Shown here: one piece after another, positions 57,301 to 64,000 of the stretch
How positions within the stretch are numbered: the first letter of the stretch is position 1
How the letters are laid out: every line of letters begins with the position of its first letter
Assembly (NCBI GenBank): GCA_963832235.1
Contig: CAWHTJ010000001.1
Location: 159,870 to 223,869 of the forward strand
DNA length: 64,000 nucleotides
Direction of reading: 5' to 3'
Source of the DNA: an uncultured Acidobacteriaceae bacterium
GTDB lineage: Bacteria > Acidobacteriota > Terriglobia > Terriglobales > Acidobacteriaceae
Notes under the pieces: generated by a model
The model's database searches: none
What the model was told of the DNA's origin: nothing
What the model saw: the letters and a program-made list of their open reading frames with translations, nothing else
Made by a program: the position numbers and the translations under genes

Positions 57301-57552
57301 CTCGTGCGTCTCCGCGAACGCTACAAACTCAACTTCATTGCCGAATCCTTCAACCTCCTCAACCGCGACAATCAGCGCGTCACCATCACCTCCAACGGCC
57401 TGATCAACAACGCGACAACATTCGTAACCAACTCCGTTACCGCCAACATCGCACCCTACCCCGGCTACTACCAACTCCCCACCAACTTCATGAAACCCAC
57501 CGCCGCCTACGCGCCCAGGCAAGTGCAGTTGTCCCTGAAATTCGTTTTCTAG
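54376..57552 (+). CDS. TonB-dependent receptor with carboxypeptidase-regulatory-like domain
   Basis: Signal peptide, DATGAIRGTVLDATGSRIAQASIVIVN...GDYSARVVAQGM. Barrel ends LSLKFVF. Confidence 0.85.
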   Translation: MSSTRIAALLILFFLISALAPAQDATGAIRGTVLDATGSRIAQASIVIVNTATGRRYTTTCDAEGAFALDLLPPGDYSARVVAQGMSPQVTPQLHVDIGAAAILEFHLTIAGAHENVTVSAAPTLVETQPAAVSTLLDERALNDFPLNGRRFSDLALFSPGVTQDPRSLTSASNGDLSFGGMRGFQTTTLVDGGDYNNAFFAQARGRYRAPFQISTEVVQEFRVSTNSYGAEQGRSAGAVVNVVTKSGSNHVHGTAFYHLRDSSFGAADAFLAFKPHNRQQQFGGTIGGPLKRNRIFFFAGFDQHIFHSPSIVEFLDGTSQVVPAAGTGPYTPGDYEATDQALVFAAAAQLTSLAGEYPAAQIGNSSYAKLDINLTPRHQLALRLNTTRYWGANNVFLDPASPVTYDSISDNGQELVSTETGSFSLTSGFSPRWISHLRAQFSRDRQQSYSNTSDVLIKIPKILDGIGRSNLLPRQTREHRLHLAETVSHEGSRNTWKLGGDGLLTWIYDFFPSQQSGEYLFYPIKVNPFTYAPMEAGLPLSPLRAYAHEVPKYYLQNFGSAASHPDTREYAAFAQDTIRVTDHLALNLGVRWDLQTFSTTGLLSNPLFPPSGKVPFKPYNFAPRAGLAYSFGKARPLVVRAGYGIFFVRIPQIYNSVIQTENGITDASLFLNNSNYYDHQVFPTYPNALVSCPLYSAACALPAGFTQGVTKRLSAFAPNFVTPRVQQASLTLEKEVVSHTTVALSLLSVHGEHLIRALDVNLAQPTALTYPIFDSTGSIFQGGYYTVDSFATWQFTRSLTCPFPPCINPLGRPIAQLGAINEFQSAASSYYKGATLSINRRVSRGTYLRLSYTYARAIDDGQDALVAGQPASVQNSYNPSSERGPSVTDQRQRLVAAISAEPHPFHRTQPLLGYIFNDWRISSVVNYGSGRPFSATVAGDPNQDGNDLNDRLPGYRRNAFTGPNYATTDLRVTKLVRLRERYKLNFIAESFNLLNRDNQRVTITSNGLINNATTFVTNSVTANIAPYPGYYQLPTNFMKPTAAYAPRQVQLSLKFVF

Positions 57553-57564
57553 AAAACAGGTTAC

Positions 57565-57590
57565 GTAGCGACAGCCGTCTCGGCTGTCCC
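57565..57590 (+). repeat. REP family 2 hairpin
   Basis: GTAGCGACAGCCGTCTCGGCTGTCCC, 13 nt after the receptor stop. Confidence 0.7.
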
Positions 57591-57624
57591 ACAAAAAGAA
57601 GAAAAAAGCAAATGGAGGCGGGTG

Positions 57625-57667
57625 CCCCACTCTAGTCTCTGCGTCCTTTGCAGAGACTAGAGTGGGG
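57625..57667. terminator. Perfect 18-bp-stem hairpin between convergent genes (likely bidirectional terminator)
   Basis: CCCCACTCTAGTCTCTGC-GTCCTTT-GCAGAGACTAGAGTGGGG, followed by ATTTTGACTTT. Confidence 0.6.
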
Positions 57668-57685
57668 ATTTTGACTTTCACAAAC

Positions 57686-59116
57686 TTAATGCGAGGAAGA
57701 ACTACTTTGAGTTGAATCGTCAGCCATCGCCGCTCCAGCCAGCTTCCTCCACCGATAAAAGAACGGAACCCCCGCCACGATCACCAGCAGCCCCACCGAC
57801 GACCGCACCGGCCGCACCAGCCACAAATTAATGGTCAAAGCCACCGCCGCAAAAAAGAAAATCAACACCGTCCACGGATACCCCCAAGCCTGATAAGGCC
57901 GAACAAGCTCCGGCTCCTTCCATCGCAACCGCAACACCGCAATCGCCGTCAACGCGAAAAAAATCCACACCGCAAACACAAACAGCGAATAAAGCTCCTC
58001 AAACGTTCCTGTCAGCGCCAGCAGTGCCGCCACGCATCCCAGAAAAATCAACGAGCCGCTGGGCGTATGGAACGATGGCTGAATCCGTTTCGCAAACGAA
58101 AAGAAAACACCATCCCGCGCCATCGCATAAGGAATCCGCGCTCCCGTCATCACTACCACATGCAGTGCTCCCAATGCCGAAACAGCCATCGCCACCGTGA
58201 GCCAGACTGCCCCGCGCGACCCCGCGAACGACCGCACCACATCCGACGCCACATGCTGCGACGAAGCGATCTCGCTTAACGGCAAACTGCGGAAGTAAAT
58301 CACGTTCACCGACAAGTACAGCCCACCCACCGTAAGCAGCCCTAAGATAATCGCCAGCGGAATATTTTTCTGGGGGTGCACAATCTCCTCGCCCAGATCG
58401 CCCAGATCGTTGAAACCGTTGTAAGCCCACATCGCCGGAACCAGCGCCGTCAGCACCGCCGCAATCGTTCCCCATCCCCAGTGCGGCGCCACGGGAGCCA
58501 CATCCGCCACATGCGACCGCCCCAGCAAAATCCCCGCAATCACAATCACCACAATCGTCCCCATCTTCAAACAAGTCAGTAGCACCTGGATCGCACCGCC
58601 CATCTGCACGCTCAAATAATTAATTCCGGTCACCATCAGCACCAGCAACGCCGCCAGCGGCTGAGCCGCAGTAAAAACAAACTCATAACTCCCCACATGC
58701 CCCCGAAACAATTCCGTCCCCATAACCGGAAACAAAAATCCCGCGAACCGCAGAAATCCCGCCGCCAACCCCGCCATGGCCACAGGTCGATCAAGAAACG
58801 AACTCATCCACCCAAAGAGAAATCCCCATACCGGTCCCAGCCCGCGGCTCAAATAAACGTATGGCCCGCCCGCCTTGGGGAAGGCGGCGCCCAATTCGGC
58901 ATAACAAAACGCCCCGCACAGCACAATCAACCCGCCGGCAATCCACGCCACAAACACCAGCGTCGCCGAGCCCACCGCCCGCGCCATGTCGCTGGTAACC
59001 AGAAAAACCCCGGTCCCAATCGTGTCCCCAATCACAATCGCAGTCGCCGACCACAAACCGAGGCCGCGAACCAGATGCGCTCGCTCGCTATGCTCTGCCA
59101 GATAGCACCTCCACAC
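57686..59116 (-). CDS. APC family amino acid permease
   Basis: 476 aa, ~12 TM segments. N-terminal GLGLWSATAIVIGDTIGTGVFLV signature. Confidence 0.85.
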   Translation of the reverse strand: MWRCYLAEHSERAHLVRGLGLWSATAIVIGDTIGTGVFLVTSDMARAVGSATLVFVAWIAGGLIVLCGAFCYAELGAAFPKAGGPYVYLSRGLGPVWGFLFGWMSSFLDRPVAMAGLAAGFLRFAGFLFPVMGTELFRGHVGSYEFVFTAAQPLAALLVLMVTGINYLSVQMGGAIQVLLTCLKMGTIVVIVIAGILLGRSHVADVAPVAPHWGWGTIAAVLTALVPAMWAYNGFNDLGDLGEEIVHPQKNIPLAIILGLLTVGGLYLSVNVIYFRSLPLSEIASSQHVASDVVRSFAGSRGAVWLTVAMAVSALGALHVVVMTGARIPYAMARDGVFFSFAKRIQPSFHTPSGSLIFLGCVAALLALTGTFEELYSLFVFAVWIFFALTAIAVLRLRWKEPELVRPYQAWGYPWTVLIFFFAAVALTINLWLVRPVRSSVGLLVIVAGVPFFYRWRKLAGAAMADDSTQSSSSSH

Positions 59117-59186
59117 GAGTAAAGTTTCGTGAGCCTACTCTCAGTGAAAAACTTCGTCAATCACTTGGTGGCTGCGCCACCGCAAG

Positions 59187-59238
59187 GGCGTCATCCCGAG
59201 CGGAGCCGTTCTTCAGGCGCAGGGAGGGACCTCGCGCG
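59187..59238 (+). repeat. GTCATCC-headed repeat unit (variant C)
   Basis: GGCGTCATCCCGAGCGGAGCCGTTCTTCAGGCGCAGGGAGGGACCTCGCGCG. Confidence 0.8.
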
Positions 59239-59299
59239 GACTGCAAGAGCAGCGGCCTCCCTTTGTCCCCGGTCCACAAGCGCGCTATCATCAGCCGTG

Positions 59300-60490
59300 A
59301 TGTCGCAAAAATCCATGCTGCCAGAATTGCCGTGGAACCAGCGCTACGCCCTTTCCAGCATCGAAGACGTGCTGACCCCGGCGCTAGTGCTTTATCCAGA
59401 TCAAATTGCCGCCAACATTGACTGCACCCTCGCATTGCTCACCGGCGACGCTAATCGCTGGCGCGTGCACATCAAAACCGCGAAGCTCGCCCACACTCTG
59501 CGCATGCTGCTCGACCGCGGCATCCGCAATTTCAAATGTGCGACCACGCTCGAGTTGCTTGTAGCCTGCCGTAGCGGAGCAGCCGACGTGCTCCTGGCCT
59601 ATCCCGCAATGGGCGCGAATGCCCGCCGTGCGCAGGAAATCGCGCAGGAATTCCCGAACGTCCGCATCTCCGTTCTCGCCGAAAACGACGAGCAGCTCCA
59701 GCAATGGCGCGCCAGCCGCGTAGGAATTTTTCTCGACATCAATCCCGGCATGAACCGCACCGGCATTGATCAATGCGACACAAACCGAGTTGTCACCCTG
59801 GCGCAGGCAATCACCAAGGCCGGCCTTGAATTCCGCGGCCTGCACTACTACGACGGCCAATACGGCAGCCTCGCTGAGCCCGAACGCGCGCAGCAAGCGC
59901 ATCGCGGTTATGACAATTTATTGAAAATCGCTAACCAACTCGGGCGCTCCGCCATCCACGTGCCAGAAATCATCACCGCAGGCACGCCCACGTTCCCTTG
60001 CTCGCTGAGCCATGAAGCCTTTCGCCGCAGCAATTTCACTCACCGCGTCTCGCCCGGCACCATCGTTTATTGTGACGCCACCAGCTTGCAGCAACTTCCC
60101 ACCGAATATGGCTACCGCCCCGCAGCGCTGGTCCTGACCCGTGTGGTGAGCCATCCGCATCCCGGCATCGTCACCTGCGACGCCGGCCACAAAACCGTGT
60201 CAGCCGACGCCGGCGTTCCCACCTGCGTCGTTCTCGGACATCCCGAGCTAACGCCGCTTCCGCCCAGCGAAGAGCATCTCCCCATGGCGGTAAAAGAAGG
60301 AGCAGCAACTCCGCAGATCGGCGAGGCCCTCTATCTGCTCCCGCGACACATCTGTCCCACAGTAAATAATTTCGACGATGCGCTGCTGGTACGCGACAGG
60401 AACATTGAGTCCACAGAAAGAGTCTCCGCACGCGGCCGCGAAGCTCCGCTGCTTCACTCGCACGACGAAGCCGTTCCTCTTCGCGGCTAA
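59300..60490 (+). CDS. D-TA/DSD1-family PLP enzyme (D-serine dehydratase / D-threonine aldolase-like)
   Basis: Start at MSQKSMLPEL. Alanine-racemase-N fold with the PLP-lysine motif VHIKTAKL. C-terminal HICPTVN block. Confidence 0.7.
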   Translation: MSQKSMLPELPWNQRYALSSIEDVLTPALVLYPDQIAANIDCTLALLTGDANRWRVHIKTAKLAHTLRMLLDRGIRNFKCATTLELLVACRSGAADVLLAYPAMGANARRAQEIAQEFPNVRISVLAENDEQLQQWRASRVGIFLDINPGMNRTGIDQCDTNRVVTLAQAITKAGLEFRGLHYYDGQYGSLAEPERAQQAHRGYDNLLKIANQLGRSAIHVPEIITAGTPTFPCSLSHEAFRRSNFTHRVSPGTIVYCDATSLQQLPTEYGYRPAALVLTRVVSHPHPGIVTCDAGHKTVSADAGVPTCVVLGHPELTPLPPSEEHLPMAVKEGAATPQIGEALYLLPRHICPTVNNFDDALLVRDRNIESTERVSARGREAPLLHSHDEAVPLRG

Positions 60491-60513
60491 AAAGTCTGCC
60501 TCCGCTCCCAGTC

Positions 60514-60565
60514 GGCGTCATCCCGACCGGAGCCGCATTTCAGACGAAGGGAGGCATCTCGCGCG
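60514..60565 (+). repeat. GTCATCC-headed repeat unit (variant C)
   Basis: GGCGTCATCCCGACCGGAGCCGCATTTCAGACGAAGGGAGGCATCTCGCGCG. Confidence 0.8.
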
Positions 60566-60588
60566 AATCGTCACCGCACTGCGATGAA

Positions 60589-61011
60589 TCACGAGCGCTT
60601 TTTCTTCGCAGCCTTCCCCCTTTTCCCCCCGACATAAGCAATGCAATCCATCTCAATCAGCATCCCCGGCGAGTGCCCCAAATCACTGCCCACCGTAGTC
60701 CGCACCGGATACGGCTTCGAAAACCGCTGCGCATACACCGCGTTGTAGCGCGCGAAAAGACCGGTGTCGCCGAGATGAACCGTAACCTTGACCACATCGC
60801 GAAGCGACGCCCCATCCGCCTCCAGAATGGCCGACATGTTGTTGATAGTCTGTTCCGTCTGCCCCTCAATCGTATCGCCCACCAGTTCGCCAGTAGCCGG
60901 ATCGCTCGGCCCCGTACCGGTCACAAAAATAAAATCTCCCGCCCGCCATCCCTGTGAATACGCCCCACGCGGCGGCGCCCCACGCGTGCTCTGAATTTCA
61001 TACTTAGCCAT
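60589..61011 (-). CDS. RidA family (YjgF/L-PSP) enamine/imine deaminase
   Basis: APPRGAYSQGWRAGDFIFVTGTG...QTEQTINNMSAILEADGASLRDVVKVTVHL...PVRTTVG. Confidence 0.9.
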   Translation of the reverse strand: MAKYEIQSTRGAPPRGAYSQGWRAGDFIFVTGTGPSDPATGELVGDTIEGQTEQTINNMSAILEADGASLRDVVKVTVHLGDTGLFARYNAVYAQRFSKPYPVRTTVGSDLGHSPGMLIEMDCIAYVGGKRGKAAKKKRS

Positions 61012-61218
61012 TGTTCCCCCCGATGCCACAGCTCAGATGTAACCCGGAGCTAGCCGGATTGTCCATCCTACGTGTCAATGCAGGAAAAAGAGTGTTGCGA
61101 TAGGTCCACAGACAACCTGTCGTTCCGAACGGGGTCGAGGAATCTGCGGTTTCTCGCTAGTGCCGCCGAGTCCGACTGCCCAACGAACTCTGGCCGACCC
61201 GGTGCAATGAATATTTCC

Positions 61219-61240
61219 AACTGTCCGATCATGGACAGTT
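61219..61240. promoter_or_regulatory. Inverted repeat AACTGTCC-N6-GGACAGTT upstream of the efflux operon
   Basis: Perfect 8-bp arms, ~120 bp upstream of the 61361 start. Possible operator. Confidence 0.25.
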
Positions 61241-61360
61241 CGTTCCTCAATTCGGACATTCCTCGCCTTCCCGTAAGGGTTGCGTGTTGTTCCATTCTGT
61301 TCCGTTTCAATGACTTGGAGTCGGAGCCCGAATGGAGCGGAACTTGCCACTGCTCTTGTG

Positions 61361-62623
61361 ATGGATATCGCTCGTCCCGAGTTCAAACTACAGAAACGCA
61401 AGCGGCAGATTGCGGTATCGGCTGTCGTCATCGTGGCGGTCGCCGCGGTGACAGTTGCGGTGTACAGGCTGCGGCCAGCCGCGCCCACCGTGGAGCGCGG
61501 GACCGTTTGGACCGACACCGTGAAGCGCGGGTCAATGCTGCGCCAGGTGCGCGGAGTGGGGTCTCTAGTCCCTTCGCAGGAAGCGGTCCTGCAGATTCCA
61601 GCGGAGACTGAAGCCACCGTGGTGCGGATTCGCATGCTTCCGGGCTCGCTGGTCAAAGCGGATACCATCCTGCTCGAGATGAGCAATCCGCAAGTAGAAC
61701 AGGCTTCGGTTGACGCCGATCTTCAGTTGAAAGCGGCGGAAGCCGAGTATCAGAGCCAGCGGATGAAACTCGAAAGCGATTTGATGAACCAGAAGGCGGG
61801 CGCGGCAACGGTCCAGGCGGACTATACGCAGGCGCAACTGCAGGCGCAAACGGATAAGGCGCTTTACGATCTCGGAGTGATTTCCGGCCTGGCCTACAAG
61901 GCTTCAAAAGGAAAGTCCGACGAACTCACTACTCGCAATGGTCTCGAAGGCCAAAGACTGACCAGCACCCAAAAAGCGATCGATTCGCAACTTGCCGAGC
62001 AGCAAGCCAAAGTGGAGCAGATGCGGGTGCTGGCCGCGCTTAAGAAGAAACAGCTCGGCGCCCTCAAAGTCCGTGCCGGAATCGATGGTGTGCTGGTCGA
62101 GCTGCCACTGCACGTCGGAGAGCACGTTTCGCCCGGCGCAATGCTGGCCAAGGTTGTGCAGCCCAATCACCTGATGGCCGAGCTGAAAGTGGCAGAGACG
62201 CAGGCGCGCGATGTGCAAATCGGCGAACCGGCCTCCGTCGACACTCATAACGGGGTCATCGCCGGCGAGGTCATGCGCGTCGATCCCGCAGTGCAAAACG
62301 GAACGGTGACCGTCGACGTCAAACTAACGGGCGAATTGCCCAAGGGCGCGCGACCGGACCTGAGCGTTGACGGCACGGTCGATTTGGAGCGTTTGGATAA
62401 CGTTTTATACGTGGGCCGGCCGGCGTTCGGACAGGAGAGCAGCACGATCAGTCTCTTCAAGCTGGGTCCTGATGGCCACGAGGCGCTGCGCGTTCCAGTA
62501 AAAGTCGGACGCGCATCGGTGAATTCGATCCAGGTTGTGGACGGATTGCATGAAGGCGACACGGTCGTGCTCTCCGACATGTCGCGTTGGGACAATACCG
62601 ACCGCATTCGACTGCAGGACTAA
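61361..62623 (+). CDS. HlyD/MacA-like periplasmic adaptor subunit
   Basis: Start at MDIARPEF. TM anchor, long coiled-coil (QLKAAEAEYQSQRMKLESD...), beta-barrel C-terminus. Confidence 0.85.
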   Translation: MDIARPEFKLQKRKRQIAVSAVVIVAVAAVTVAVYRLRPAAPTVERGTVWTDTVKRGSMLRQVRGVGSLVPSQEAVLQIPAETEATVVRIRMLPGSLVKADTILLEMSNPQVEQASVDADLQLKAAEAEYQSQRMKLESDLMNQKAGAATVQADYTQAQLQAQTDKALYDLGVISGLAYKASKGKSDELTTRNGLEGQRLTSTQKAIDSQLAEQQAKVEQMRVLAALKKKQLGALKVRAGIDGVLVELPLHVGEHVSPGAMLAKVVQPNHLMAELKVAETQARDVQIGEPASVDTHNGVIAGEVMRVDPAVQNGTVTVDVKLTGELPKGARPDLSVDGTVDLERLDNVLYVGRPAFGQESSTISLFKLGPDGHEALRVPVKVGRASVNSIQVVDGLHEGDTVVLSDMSRWDNTDRIRLQD

Positions 62624-62668
62624 GAACAGGATCAAGAATAAAACTTCAGAAATCGAGGAACAACATCC

Positions 62669-63394
62669 ATGACAGAAGCGAACCTGCCGTTGATCCAGAT
62701 TGCGGACATGACCAAGGTTTTCTACACCGAGGAGATTGAGACGCATGCGCTCTCCGGCGTGCACCTATCCATCGCCAAGGGTGAGTATGTCGCCATGTCG
62801 GGTCCCTCGGGCTGCGGAAAGTCGACTCTGCTTTCCATCATTGGATTGCTCGACACTCCCACCGCCGGGCGTTACCAGCTGAATAACAAGCCCGTTGAAA
62901 ATCTCGACTTCGCCGAGCGGGCCCGCATCCGCAATCAGGAAATCGGTTTCATCTTTCAGAGTTTCAACTTGATTGGCGATCTCACGGTTTACGAAAACGT
63001 GGAACTGCCTTTGACCTATCGCCAAAGAATGCCTTCCCCGGAGCGCAAGAAACGAGTCATGGAAGCGCTCGAGCGAGTAGGGATGGCGCATCGCCTGCGG
63101 CACTATCCGTCGCAGCTTTCCGGCGGCCAACAGCAGCGTGTGGCAGTCGCTCGCGCGCTGGCTGGGAAACCTTCCATCCTGCTGGCGGACGAACCTACAG
63201 GAAACCTGGACTCGCGCAACGGCGAAGCCGTGATGGAGCTTCTCGCCGACCTTCATCGCGAGGGCGCCACGATTTGTATGGTGACGCACGATCCGCGTTT
63301 CGCCAAACACGCACAGCGTGAGGTCCATCTCTTCGATGGCAAAGTCGTTGCCGAAGAGGAACTCCACAAATTGATGCAGGATGCGCAGGTATGA
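62669..63394 (+). CDS. ABC transporter ATP-binding protein (MacB/LolD type)
   Basis: Walker [10 protein letters not shown], signature [15 protein letters not shown], Walker B ILLADEPT. Confidence 0.95.
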   Translation: MTEANLPLIQIADMTKVFYTEEIETHALSGVHLSIAKGEYVAMSGPSGCGKSTLLSIIGLLDTPTAGRYQLNNKPVENLDFAERARIRNQEIGFIFQSFNLIGDLTVYENVELPLTYRQRMPSPERKKRVMEALERVGMAHRLRHYPSQLSGGQQQRVAVARALAGKPSILLADEPTGNLDSRNGEAVMELLADLHREGATICMVTHDPRFAKHAQREVHLFDGKVVAEEELHKLMQDAQV

Positions 63395-64000
63395 ACCGCT
63401 TTGGGCAGGATCTTCGGTACGCCCTGCGGCAGTTGCGCAAGAACCCCGGGTTCACGGTTGTGGCCGCAATTACGTTGGCTCTGGGCATCGGCGCCAATAC
63501 GGCGATTTTCAGTACGGTGAACGCGATGTTGCTGCGTCCGTTCCCGTTTCCCCATCTCGACCGGATTGTGGCGGTTTGGGAGGCCGTTCCCAAGCAGAAC
63601 GAGGAACACATGAGCGCTGCGCCTGCGAATTTCAGAGACTGGAGCGAGCAGAGCACCGACTTTGCACAGCTTGCGGCAGTTCAGGGCTGGGATGCCAACC
63701 TGACCGGCGGCGGTATTGCTCAGCATGTAGAAGGCTTTCGCGTCACCTCCGATTTTTTCTCCCTGCTAGGAATGCCGATGCAGCTTGGCCGCAGCATCAG
63801 CAGCGCCGATTTTCAGCCGGGTGCTGCGCCTGTGGTCGTGGTCAAGTACGGGTTCTGGCAGCGGCATCTGGGCTCTGATGCGGGGATTGTTGGCAAGGAC
63901 CTGCTGCTGAACGGCGAGAAGTTCGTGGTAGCTGGGATCGCTTCGCCCGATTTTGATTTTCCCTCCGGAGCGCAGATTTGGACGCCGCTGAATCTGAACG
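63391..64000 (+). CDS. MacB-like/FtsX permease of the acidobacterial ADOP type (5' partial, runs off the window)
   Basis: ATGA overlap with the ATPase stop. [41 protein letters not shown], open to the window end. Absent from the ORF track because there is no stop. Confidence 0.85.
   Translation, partial: MNRFGQDLRYALRQLRKNPGFTVVAAITLALGIGANTAIFSTVNAMLLRPFPFPHLDRIVAVWEAVPKQNEEHMSAAPANFRDWSEQSTDFAQLAAVQGWDANLTGGGIAQHVEGFRVTSDFFSLLGMPMQLGRSISSADFQPGAAPVVVVKYGFWQRHLGSDAGIVGKDLLLNGEKFVVAGIASPDFDFPSGAQIWTPLNLN

Overview
GC-rich bacterial chromosomal segment. The gene content points to Acidobacteriota: three CarboxypepD_reg-type TonB-dependent receptors, and a MacB/ADOP-type permease with the N-terminus [23 protein letters not shown] can support about 55 protein-coding loci and 3 tRNAs (Pro-UGG, His-GUG, Arg-UCG). 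I found no rRNA, CRISPR array, transposase, integrase or phage genes. Recognisable content includes hom, hisS, msrB, an ABC-F ATPase, a bactofilin and several small regulators. It also includes a GntR-linked operon (beta-hydroxyacid dehydrogenase, E1alpha, E1beta, M24 hydrolase, E2) next to a TonB receptor, a permease/DSD1-like/RidA module, a PilZ plus TadZ-like pair, and a MacAB-like efflux operon. Two things stand out. (1) A complete, tightly coupled coenzyme F420 operon (cofG-cofD-cofC-cofE-cofH-fno, followed by a SagB-type nitroreductase-fold gene) has a single-base frameshift in every gene. A ugd-like gene (5 shifts) and an MFS gene (1 shift) are also broken, while all the long ORFs around them are intact. 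(2) The intergenic space is filled with several families of palindromic repeats. These include a GTAG-headed double-hairpin (REPIN-like) element in 5 doublets plus 1 singlet, a second GTAG-headed hairpin family, GTCATCC-headed units that form two ~240-250 bp MITE-like composites, and a ~135 bp repeat. One repeat supplies a gene's stop codon, one fills a divergent promoter region, and a perfect 33-nt palindrome sits in frame inside the ABC-F gene. All functional calls rest on motif recognition by eye; no database search was run.
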